Shown here: positions 35,683-44,957 of the stretch, piece after piece | How the letters are laid out: the number at the start of each line of letters is the position of its first letter | Numbering within the stretch: the stretch's first letter is position 1 | NCBI GenBank assembly: GCA_030601305.1 | Contig: JAUVTV010000001.1 | Span: 1-47,246 of the forward strand | Reading direction: 5' to 3' | Source of the DNA: Candidatus Eiseniibacteriota bacterium | GTDB lineage: Bacteria > Eisenbacteria > RBG-16-71-46 > CAIMUX01 > WJJG01 | DNA length: 47,246 nucleotides | Made by a program: the position numbers and the translations under genes | Notes under the pieces: generated by a model | What the model saw: the letters and a program-made list of their open reading frames with translations, nothing else | The model's database searches: none | What the model was told of the DNA's origin: nothing

Positions 35683-36582
35683 GTGCGCGCGTACCTGCTG
35701 TCCCACGGCATTCGGCCGCGCAAACGGTGGGGCCAGAACTTCCTCGTCAACCCGCGGATTCCCGAGCGTATGCTCGCGCGGTGGGATCTAAGCGGCGAGA
35801 TCGGGGTGATGGAGATCGGGGCCGGAGCCGGGGCGCTTACCCTGCCGCTCCTCGCCCAGGGACAGCGGGTCGTGGCCGTCGAACGGGACCCGCGTCTGTG
35901 TGCCCTGCTTCGCGAACGGGTCGCGGCGGCCGGCTTCCGCGATCGCCTCCGACTCCTGGAAGCCGACGTTCTCACCCTCGATGCGGCGGAGAGCGTCGCG
36001 GGTATGGGGGGGTCCAGCCGATGGGTGCTGGTGGGAAATCTGCCCTATGCGATCACGACACCCATCTTGGAGTGGACGATTCGTGCCATGGGGTGCTTCA
36101 CCTGGGTGTCCTACATGGTGCAGCGTGAGTACGCGGCGCGCATCCTGGCTGCGCCCTGCACCGCGGCCTACGGCTCGCTTACGCTGTGGGTCGGCTACCG
36201 TTTCCGGGCCGAGAGAGAAATGGCTGTAGGTGCCGGCAACTTCTGGCCGATGCCGAAAGTGGACTCGGTCGTCCTGCGCCTGACGCCGCACGAGGCGCCG
36301 CCCGTTGCGGTGCCGTCGGCGGCGGATCTCGAGACCGTGGTGCGCGCGGCGTTCTCGCACCGGCGCAAGGTGCTCACCGGATCGCTCGCGCGCGGGCTCG
36401 CCATGCCCCGCGAGAGAATCGCGGAAGCATTGGGGGCGGCCGGGATCGACCGGCGCCGGCGGGCCGAGGAATGCACACTCGAGCAGTTCGCCGCTCTGAC
36501 GCGCAATCTGGCCCCTCTGACGCGCAATCTGATGGTGGAGAGGACGGAGAAAGGGGGAGAGGGATGGCAGCGGAAGGGATGA
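35683..36582 (+). CDS. rsmA: 16S rRNA (adenine1518/1519-N6)-dimethyltransferase RsmA/KsgA, 299 aa.
   Basis: Contains KRWGQNFLVNPRI...EIGAGAGALT...VGNLPYAITTPIL. GTG start 1 nt after the tatD stop. Confidence 0.9.
   Translation: MRAYLLSHGIRPRKRWGQNFLVNPRIPERMLARWDLSGEIGVMEIGAGAGALTLPLLAQGQRVVAVERDPRLCALLRERVAAAGFRDRLRLLEADVLTLDAAESVAGMGGSSRWVLVGNLPYAITTPILEWTIRAMGCFTWVSYMVQREYAARILAAPCTAAYGSLTLWVGYRFRAEREMAVGAGNFWPMPKVDSVVLRLTPHEAPPVAVPSAADLETVVRAAFSHRRKVLTGSLARGLAMPRERIAEALGAAGIDRRRRAEECTLEQFAALTRNLAPLTRNLMVERTEKGGEGWQRKG
36494..36531 (+). repeat. In-frame 21-bp tandem duplication near the 3' end of rsmA.
   Basis: ctctgacgcgcaatctg occurs at 36494-36510 and again at 36515-36531 (a 17-nt perfect copy with 21-nt period). 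It encodes LTRNLAP-LTRNLMV. Confidence 0.85.
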
Positions 36583-37337
36583 TCGGCATTGTCCTCGCCG
36601 GTGGATTGGGGAGCCGCATGAGCCCCCTGACCAAGGTGACCAACAAGCATCTCTTGCCGGTCTACGACAAGCCGATGATCTACTACCCGATTCAAACGCT
36701 CGTCCGTGCGGGCGTGCGCGACATCCTGCTCGTGACCGGCGGCAACAGCGCGGGCGACTTCCTCAAGCTCCTCGGCAACGGCAAGGCGTTCGGCCTCGAG
36801 CACCTGGACTACGTCTACCAGGAGGGTGAGGGCGGGATCGCGGCCGCTCTCAGCCTGGCGCGCTACTACGCCGAGGGCCGCCAGATGGCGGTCGTCCTGG
36901 GCGACAACATCATCGAGGACGACATCGGTCCCTACGTGGAGGCGTTCCAGCGGCAGGGGCGGGGCGCGAAGATCTTGCTCAAAGAGGTCGAGGATCCCCA
37001 CCGCTTCGGTGTGGCCGAACTCGAGGGCGACCGCGTGGTTTCCATCGAGGAGAAGCCCAAGGAACCCAAATCCTCCTATGCCGTCACCGGCGTCTACCTG
37101 TACGACGATCACGTCTTCTCCATCGTCGATCGACTCGTGCCGTCGGGTCGGGGAGAACTCGAGATCACGGATGTCAACAACGACTACATCCAGCGGGGCG
37201 AGATGACCTTCGACTTCCTCGAGGGTTGGTGGACCGACGCGGGAACCTTCGAATCGCTCCTGCGCGCCACGCTGCTGGTGGCCCGGCGCGAGGGGGCGCC
37301 GCTCGAGCGCATGCACCATCTGCTCGCGTCGCAATAA
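36564..37337 (+). CDS. Sugar-phosphate nucleotidyltransferase (glucose-1-phosphate thymidylyl/uridylyltransferase-like, short form).
   Basis: Contains GIVLAGGLGSRMSPLTKVTNKHLLPVYDKPMIYYPI...GDNII...FGVAE...EEKPKEPKS. The start is either ATG 36564 (after GGGGGAGAGGG) or ATG 36579, which overlaps the rsmA stop. Confidence 0.85.
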   Translation: MAAEGMIGIVLAGGLGSRMSPLTKVTNKHLLPVYDKPMIYYPIQTLVRAGVRDILLVTGGNSAGDFLKLLGNGKAFGLEHLDYVYQEGEGGIAAALSLARYYAEGRQMAVVLGDNIIEDDIGPYVEAFQRQGRGAKILLKEVEDPHRFGVAELEGDRVVSIEEKPKEPKSSYAVTGVYLYDDHVFSIVDRLVPSGRGELEITDVNNDYIQRGEMTFDFLEGWWTDAGTFESLLRATLLVARREGAPLERMHHLLASQ

Positions 37338-37362
37338 CCGTGCGAGGGCGTGGAGGAAACGG

Positions 37363-39264
37363 GTGAGCCCGGTGCAGCGGACACGGGTGCACACGGAGCG
37401 GACCGGTTGGCTCGTGGCCGGGCTGTTGCTGTGCCTGGTTCCCGGTGCCGCGGGCAGCGCGCTCAGCAACTGGCAGCTCCAGCCGCGCTTCGACTCGCAG
37501 TACCTGGTCAGCAAGACGCAGAGCACCTGGACGAACACGCTCAAGCTGTCGCGCGATATCGACCGGGTGGATCTCAGGGGAAGCCTCGAGACCCGGGACA
37601 AGGAAGACGAGCGGCGCAACGACTACGTGGAGGCGTTGCGCAAGATGCTCCTTCGGGGTGGAAGCCAGCACGGCCCGGCGAACATCTTCCTCGACGGCAA
37701 GTTCAGTCGTCACGGAACCCGGACGACGCGATCCCAGCGACAGATCGACGTGGACGACATCGACATCGGCAGCACCATCGACGTGCTCGCGCGAGACGTG
37801 ACCTGGCTGGGTCTCGAGCTACGTGGCGGCCGGGTGAGCCGATCGGAGAACAATGATCGCTTCTCCAGCCTGAAGTCGGTCTACGACCTGACGCGCACCA
37901 CGGGTCTCAACGGAGGCGCGGGCATCGAGACCGGATGGGAACCACGCGAGACGTTCAGCCTCTTGGCGAGTGCCTCCTATGACGTGGTGGTGGAGGATTC
38001 GCGCACGCAGCACATCGAGACCGATGCGGACACGACCACCGTCGACGAGGTGAGCGACGAGAACCACAGCTACGACACCTTCTACGATGTGAACTGCGAG
38101 TGGACGCGCTACGACGTTGCGAAGGTGGCCTTCACCGCCTCGCAATCCCTGGCCTCGGCGCAGTACTACCAGGCCTCGCAGACCACCCAGGAGACCAAGG
38201 GGACCGTCCAAAGCATCACCCGCCTGACCGTCGAGGGTGACCTGCCGTACCGCTTCCGCTACGGGGTGGACGTGCGGTCCACGGTCTCGAGCACCGACTT
38301 CCTCGTGCAGACCCGTGATCGATACGATTCGACCACCGATCTCAAGATGCGGGGGCGGCACGAGCTGGGCCTGCCGGTTCTCGAGGGGGCCCTGGTGCGT
38401 GCCGAGCTGGGTCTGGGCAGGTCCCGGCAGGAGAGCGAGGGAACCACTGGGCTCGACACTCGCCGGCGCACGCTGAACGGCGATCTGAACCAGCCCCTTG
38501 GCAATCGCGCCAGCGTCACCGTGCGGGGTTCGGCGTCGCTCACCCAGGACTTCTACGACGACGGCCTCGATGATCAGGACCGCTTGCGCACCGAGGCCAC
38601 GGTCAGCGGCAAGTACGCCCCCTCGCCTGCGTTTCGCGCGGAGGCCTCCTTCACGGCCAACACGGAGGAGATCATCAAGATCCACGGCTCGGCGGCTTCC
38701 CAGAGCCAGCGCAAGCGGGACTATAGGGTCTCGGCCAAGTACGATGCCACGCTGCCGTGGGGCATCGTCGCGAACCAGAGCTTTCTCTTCAGCGCGACCT
38801 ACACGTACTACATCTACGATGAGGAACGGAGCAACACGCTGAGCCGCTCGAACCGCGTCAAGACGATGCTCACGATTCCGCTGTGGGAGCGCACCACCAT
38901 GCGCCTCGATCACAGCTTTCGAACCAACGACAGCGGCACCTATGATTTCTCGGAAACGGTCGGGACCAGCACCTATGCCAAGAGCCGCGAAAAGCTGCAG
39001 CACATCTTCAACGTGGCCCTGCGCTACCAGGTGACCAGCATTCTGTTCATCGGTGCGGAGAACTACTACGACGTGAGCCACACGACCAAGCTCGACACCG
39101 AGAGGACCACCACGACGACCAAGCTCGAGTTCACCGGCGAGGCCGGCCTCGAGAGGCGCCTCTCGGGTAACGTGGACTTCCGCGCCGTCGTCGCGCGCAC
39201 GGCCAGCAGCGTGGAGAACGACTACTGGAACATCCGCGCGTCCGTGACCAAGGTATTCGGCTAG
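37363..39264 (+). CDS. Putative outer-membrane beta-barrel protein, unknown family, 633 aa.
   Basis: GTG start 5 nt after GGAGGA. Has a signal peptide (WLVAGLLLCLVPGAAGSA). The composition is Thr/Ser/Tyr/Asp/Arg-rich with an alternating pattern throughout, and the C-terminus reads ...IRASVTKVFG. Confidence 0.6.
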   Translation: MSPVQRTRVHTERTGWLVAGLLLCLVPGAAGSALSNWQLQPRFDSQYLVSKTQSTWTNTLKLSRDIDRVDLRGSLETRDKEDERRNDYVEALRKMLLRGGSQHGPANIFLDGKFSRHGTRTTRSQRQIDVDDIDIGSTIDVLARDVTWLGLELRGGRVSRSENNDRFSSLKSVYDLTRTTGLNGGAGIETGWEPRETFSLLASASYDVVVEDSRTQHIETDADTTTVDEVSDENHSYDTFYDVNCEWTRYDVAKVAFTASQSLASAQYYQASQTTQETKGTVQSITRLTVEGDLPYRFRYGVDVRSTVSSTDFLVQTRDRYDSTTDLKMRGRHELGLPVLEGALVRAELGLGRSRQESEGTTGLDTRRRTLNGDLNQPLGNRASVTVRGSASLTQDFYDDGLDDQDRLRTEATVSGKYAPSPAFRAEASFTANTEEIIKIHGSAASQSQRKRDYRVSAKYDATLPWGIVANQSFLFSATYTYYIYDEERSNTLSRSNRVKTMLTIPLWERTTMRLDHSFRTNDSGTYDFSETVGTSTYAKSREKLQHIFNVALRYQVTSILFIGAENYYDVSHTTKLDTERTTTTTKLEFTGEAGLERRLSGNVDFRAVVARTASSVENDYWNIRASVTKVFG

Positions 39265-39281
39265 GGCAGGAGGTATCGGCG

Positions 39282-39899
39282 ATGAAACTGCGCCACCGCA
39301 CACCGCGCTCGGGGCGTTTTCTGGGCGTCTGCCTGACGATCGGTGCGCTCTCCCTGACCGGCTGTGGTCTCTTCCAGACACGCGAGCCATCGCCCGGTGA
39401 CGATGAGACCAAGGTCCAGTGGATACCGCCCGAGGCGATGCACATCGCGCTCGGGAACATGAAGCGCTCCCTCGAGGCCAAGGTGCTCACCAACTACGGC
39501 CTCTCCTTCTCCAATGTCATCCTGGAAATGATCATGGACCCGGCCGACGAAGGCGCCCTCGGCGACAACCCCTTCGAGGTCTGGAGCCAGCGGGAGGAGG
39601 AGCAGCGCATGCGGGGCATCCTCTCGGCGACCGACGCCTCGCTCGTGGTCACCTGGACCGTCGGCGACTCGATCCAGGAGACCGCGAACGACCACTACTA
39701 CGAGGATCTGGAGTACCGCCTCGAGTTCGATCTGAATGGCCAGCTGGCGATCTACACAGGGCTCGTGGACCTCTGGTTCCATGACAGCGGCGACGGCCTC
39801 TGGCACGCCACCCGGTGGATCGACAAACGCGATGGCGGCGCCAACGCGACGTGGTGCTGGCTGCGGGCGGTCAACAAGGTGGAGTTCCCCACCCCGTAG
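39282..39899 (+). CDS. Lipoprotein, unknown function, 205 aa.
   Basis: Signal peptide with lipobox LSLTGC. The gene starts 17 nt after the barrel gene. Confidence 0.65.
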   Translation: MKLRHRTPRSGRFLGVCLTIGALSLTGCGLFQTREPSPGDDETKVQWIPPEAMHIALGNMKRSLEAKVLTNYGLSFSNVILEMIMDPADEGALGDNPFEVWSQREEEQRMRGILSATDASLVVTWTVGDSIQETANDHYYEDLEYRLEFDLNGQLAIYTGLVDLWFHDSGDGLWHATRWIDKRDGGANATWCWLRAVNKVEFPTP

Positions 39900-39919
39900 C
39901 GGCGATATACCCCCCGCTT

Positions 39920-39949
39920 GAAAACTCCGCGAACGCCAGGGTATAATGC
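39920..39949 (+). promoter_or_regulatory. Near-consensus sigma-70 promoter.
   Basis: TTGAAA at 39920-39925, an 18-nt spacer, then TATAAT at 39944-39949, in an AT-richer patch. Confidence 0.6.
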
Positions 39950-39955
39950 AGACCG

Positions 39956-40243
39956 GCGGTGGCGGATCTCCGACTTCGGCGTGCGCGGCGCGACGGTGCC
40001 CGATGTGCTCGTTCGGCGGGAGCGGGAGTTGTCGCTCCGGCTATTCCCAGGAGAGCGAAAGGCTTAGCGCGCCGGCCCGATACCGGCCACTCGCGCGGCC
40101 GTGGCGGAAACCTGCCAAGGCCTGTGCGTGTAGGAGTCATGGATCGAGGCGCCCACCCGGGGCGACGATATCAAGAAACTGGCGGCCTCATTCCGTAGTG
40201 AAGGCAGCGCTGATCAGACAGACGCATTGGTTGGGAGTACCCC
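39956..40243 (+). ncRNA. Candidate structured non-coding transcript or long 5' leader, class unknown.
   Basis: About 290 nt lie between the strong promoter and the next start codon. The only ORFs here are Arg/Gly-rich. Several strong local hairpins are present (ggagcg...cgctcc; ggccgtggcgg-aaa-cctgccaaggcc; gcgcgccgg...ccgg..cgcgc). I recognised no Rfam-type signature. Confidence 0.3.
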
Positions 40244-40825
40244 ATGAAAGTGTTTAGCCGGATCCTCTTGTTGGGTCTCAGCATCTGGATGGTAGTCAGC
40301 TTGGCAGGGTGTCCGTTCTCGACGAAGACCGACCCCGTCAACGGTGACCCTCCAGACCCCGTCTTCCTGCCGCGGACCTCTCCGCAGAACCTGATGATGA
40401 ACCTCAAGGCGGCCTACGAGGAGCAGGACGTCACGCAGTTCGACAGCCTCCTGGACCAGGCCTTCACCTTCTTCTTCTCGGAGGAGGACCAGGACATCGG
40501 CGACCGTCTCAACCGGGACGAGGAGATCGGTATTCACCAGGGGATGTTCGACTCGGACATGGTGCAGGACCTGAACCTCAGCTTCGACATGGGCGCGGTC
40601 ACCTTGGACGAGGAGAAGACCACGGTCGACGACAGCCTCTACGTCATGACGATCACCAACGTGGACCTCTACCTCTACGGCAAGACGCCGCAGTTCCCGG
40701 GTGAGGACCCCCGCGGATACGAGATGGAGAACGGGCAGGAACGCTTCTGGTTCCACAAGCGCGACCACACTCATCCTGTGACAAAGGAGCCGATCTGGAC
40801 TATCGTGGAGTGGCTGGAGTTGTAG
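40244..40825 (+). CDS. Lipoprotein, unknown function, 193 aa. It may be a distant paralog of 39282..39899.
   Basis: Signal peptide with lipobox SLAGC. A GGGAG RBS lies upstream. Confidence 0.7.
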   Translation: MKVFSRILLLGLSIWMVVSLAGCPFSTKTDPVNGDPPDPVFLPRTSPQNLMMNLKAAYEEQDVTQFDSLLDQAFTFFFSEEDQDIGDRLNRDEEIGIHQGMFDSDMVQDLNLSFDMGAVTLDEEKTTVDDSLYVMTITNVDLYLYGKTPQFPGEDPRGYEMENGQERFWFHKRDHTHPVTKEPIWTIVEWLEL

Positions 40826-40861
40826 CCGGTCCGCTGGTCCTCGAGCCAGGGATGGAGAGGA

Positions 40862-41332
40862 TTGAGCCCACGAACGCGTAGGACGAAGAGAGCCGGTGGG
40901 TCGCCGTGGATGAACGTGGCGGCTCTCCTGCTGGCATTTCTGGCAGGCGGCCTGGCCGCCTTTCTCTATTTCGCCTCCCGTTCGCCCGAAAGCGAGACCG
41001 CCGAAGGGCTTTCTTTCCCGGAATCCCGTGCGGACGCCCTTGCCGCGCTGCTGATCCCCCAGGCCAAGTGGGAGCGGCAGGACCGCGAGCTGCCCATGCG
41101 GTGGATCGGGCGGCTCCCGGCGGGGCGAAGCCTCATCCAGTGGAACGCCGATGTCGCCTCGGGCATCCACAGCCTGGATCTCGAGGTCCTGGAGGGGCGC
41201 GAGGAGGTCATCCCGCGCCCCGGACGCTGGCCGCTGCAGCGGCTCACGCTCGTCGTCGGCGGCAATGGGGAGGTCCTGGGAGAAGTCGTGATCGAGACGA
41301 CGCGCTCTCCATCGCTGCCACTGCCGTTTTAG
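40862..41332 (+). CDS. Hypothetical membrane-anchored protein, about 140-156 aa.
   Basis: Has a single N-terminal TM (VAALLLAFLAGGLAAFLYF). The start is uncertain, either TTG 40862 or ATG 40910. Confidence 0.45.
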   Translation: MSPRTRRTKRAGGSPWMNVAALLLAFLAGGLAAFLYFASRSPESETAEGLSFPESRADALAALLIPQAKWERQDRELPMRWIGRLPAGRSLIQWNADVASGIHSLDLEVLEGREEVIPRPGRWPLQRLTLVVGGNGEVLGEVVIETTRSPSLPLPF

Positions 41333-41368
41333 CCGCAGATCAGGATTCTTCGTTCCCCCACATATAGG

Positions 41369-41398
41369 TTGACCGCCTTTCCGTCGCTCCGGTAGAAT
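41369..41398 (+). promoter_or_regulatory. Putative sigma-70 promoter for secDF.
   Basis: TTGACC at 41369-41374, an 18-nt spacer, then TAGAAT at 41393-41398, in an AT-richer intergenic patch. Confidence 0.5.
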
Positions 41399-41447
41399 CC
41401 GTGGTCTGTGTTCTCGCGAACTTGTCTGTGCGGTGGAGGATACTGGA

Positions 41448-43058
<1,611 letters not shown>

Positions 43059-43089
43059 CCGGAAGGCCTCCGGGGAGGATCTTGGCAAG

Positions 43090-44007
43090 ATGATGACGAT
43101 CCTACGGAACACGCACATTGACTTCATGTCCAGGCGGCGAGTCTTCTACTTCATCTCCGCCGCTGCGATCCTGGTGGGGTTCATCTCCATCATCGCCCAC
43201 GGCGGGCTGCGCCTGGGCATCGACTTCGCCGGCGGGCGCCTCGTCGAGTACCGACTGAATCAGGATCTGAGCGTCGACGAGATCCGGGATGCGGTCGCCG
43301 CCGCCGGGTTCCCCAAGGCGGAAATCCAGCCGATCCGCGGCACGCGCGATGTCTTGGTCCGCATGCCGGAGATCGTCGAGCAGCGCGGGGGGGAGGCGTC
43401 GCTGCCGGAGCTGATCCGGCAGGCCCTTGCGAGCGAGCATCCGGGACTGACCGCCGAGCTTCTGCGCGAGGAGAGTGTGGGGGCCAAGATCGGCGGTGAG
43501 ATCCGGCAGCAGGCCTTCTGGGCGATGATCATCGCGCTCGCGCTGATCCTGCTGTACGTCGCGGTCCGCTTCGAATTCCGTTTCGGCCTCGGCGCCGTGG
43601 CGGCTCTGGCGCACGACGTCCTGATCGTGCTGGCCCTCTTCTCCCTCTTCAACAAGGAGATCACCATGCCGGTGGTGGCGGCGCTCATGACCGTCGCCGG
43701 GTATTCGATCAACGATAGCATTGTGGTCTTCGACCGTATCCGCGAGCAGCTCGTCCGTCTGCGCCGCGAGTCGTTCCAGGGGGTGCTCAACATCAGCATC
43801 AACCAGATGCTCTCGCGCACCGTGATCACCAGCGTCACGACCCTTTTCGGTGCGCTCTCGCTCCTCATCCTCGGCGGTGAGGTGATCCACGACTTCGCCT
43901 TCGCCATGACCGTGGGGGTGATCGTGGGAACCTATTCCTCGGTTTTTGTGGCCAGCGCACTGGTACTTGAGCTGCGCGCGGCCAAGGAGGCGAAGGGGGG
44001 CAGGTAG
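43090..44007 (+). CDS. secF: Protein translocase subunit SecF, 305 aa.
   Basis: Contains IDFMSRRRVFYFISA...GIDFAGG...YSINDSIVVFDRIRE. The ATG at 43090 follows GGGGAGGA. Confidence 0.93.
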   Translation: MMTILRNTHIDFMSRRRVFYFISAAAILVGFISIIAHGGLRLGIDFAGGRLVEYRLNQDLSVDEIRDAVAAAGFPKAEIQPIRGTRDVLVRMPEIVEQRGGEASLPELIRQALASEHPGLTAELLREESVGAKIGGEIRQQAFWAMIIALALILLYVAVRFEFRFGLGAVAALAHDVLIVLALFSLFNKEITMPVVAALMTVAGYSINDSIVVFDRIREQLVRLRRESFQGVLNISINQMLSRTVITSVTTLFGALSLLILGGEVIHDFAFAMTVGVIVGTYSSVFVASALVLELRAAKEAKGGR

Positions 44008-44086
44008 GTCGGGCACAGCGGCACCGGCAGGGGTTTCCCCCGCGGGGACCCGGGGGCCGGATGAGCGGTAGGAAGCGGGGTGGGCC

Positions 44087-44108
44087 AGCGGGGGCTTGAC
44101 CCCGCTTT
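44087..44108 (+). terminator. Probable rho-independent terminator after secF.
   Basis: 7-bp stem agcgggg / ccccgct, loop gcttga, followed by the T-rich ttgtgtt. Confidence 0.5.
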
Positions 44109-44192
44109 GTGTTAGAAGCAGCTCGGGAACCGCCCAGGACGGTGGGTGTTACAGAAGGCGAACGGGACATTGGCCTTGGCTTGGAGGACCCG

Positions 44193-44957
44193 GTGCGCGG
44201 CCTGCTGCTGTTTCCATATCGCCGACGCGCGTTCCGGCGCGGGTGGCCCGTCCTTCTGGCCGGTTGCCTGGGCCTGGCCCTGCTCGGCGTCCCTCACGTG
44301 GCCGCCCAAGGGGTGAAGCCCGGGCTGGTCCTCGCGCGCCTCAAGTACGGCGGAGGCGGCGACTGGTACAGCAACCCGACCTCCCTGCCCAACCTGGCAC
44401 GGGCCCTCGAGGAGCGCACCTCGATCCAGATCGCCCACCACCAGGAAGCGCGCATCGCGCCCCTGGACGAGGAGCTCTACAGCTACCCGCTCGTCTACAT
44501 GAACGGGCACGGGCGGATCCATCTGACGCCGGCCGAGGCGGAGCGCCTGCGCCACTACCTGCTCAGCGGGGGATTCCTGTTCGCCGATGACAACTACGGC
44601 ATGAACGAGAGCTTCCGCGCCCTGATGCGGCAGGTCTTTCCCGACCGCGAGCTGCTCGAGGTGCCGTTCGATCACCCGATCTACCACGCGTACTACGAAT
44701 TCCACAACGGCCCCCCGAAGATCCACGAGCACGACGGCAAGCCGCCGCAGGCGTTCGGCATCTTCGATCGGGGACGTCTGGTAGTGTTCTACACCTACGA
44801 GGCCGATATCGGGGATGGACTCGAGGACGCGGACGTCCACAGCGATCCGCCGGAGAAGCGCGAAGAGGCGATGCGCATGGCGATCAACGTGGTCTGTTAC
44901 GCGCTGACCGGCGAGTCGGTCGGCGGGAGGGGGCCATCCCGGGGAGCAACACCATGA
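44193..44957 (+). CDS. DUF4159-like secreted or membrane-associated protein, 254 aa from the proposed start.
   Basis: Contains LKYGGGGDWYSNPTSLPNLARALEERT...YPLVYMNGHG...LSGGFLFADDNYG. I prefer the GTG at 44193 (GGAGGA 4 nt upstream) over the track start at 44109, which abuts the terminator. The N-terminus resembles a signal peptide. Confidence 0.7.
   Translation: MRGLLLFPYRRRAFRRGWPVLLAGCLGLALLGVPHVAAQGVKPGLVLARLKYGGGGDWYSNPTSLPNLARALEERTSIQIAHHQEARIAPLDEELYSYPLVYMNGHGRIHLTPAEAERLRHYLLSGGFLFADDNYGMNESFRALMRQVFPDRELLEVPFDHPIYHAYYEFHNGPPKIHEHDGKPPQAFGIFDRGRLVVFYTYEADIGDGLEDADVHSDPPEKREEAMRMAINVVCYALTGESVGGRGPSRGATP

Noticed and set aside
40139-40198. 19-codon ORF (MDRGAHPGRRYQETGGLIP) after AGGAG.
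   Set aside because: The RBS spacing is only 2 nt, the peptide is Arg/Gly-rich like background ORFs, and nothing supports translation.
39956-40243. Cobalamin riboswitch, SRP RNA, 6S RNA, tmRNA, RNase P RNA or a c-di-GMP riboswitch.
   Set aside because: Only short fragments resemble known motifs (GGCGGAAACCTGCC and GCCACTC versus the B12 box; GCGAAAGGC versus GEMM). The defining cores are absent on either strand: GGGAA..GGTG..AA..CC, GGAAGCAGCC, GGAAAGTCCGGGC, and the tmRNA ends. The element therefore stays unclassified.
44109-44192. GTG start at 44109 for the DUF4159-like gene.
   Set aside because: It directly abuts the secF terminator hairpin and has no RBS. The GTG at 44193 follows GGAGGA and gives a signal-peptide-like N-terminus.
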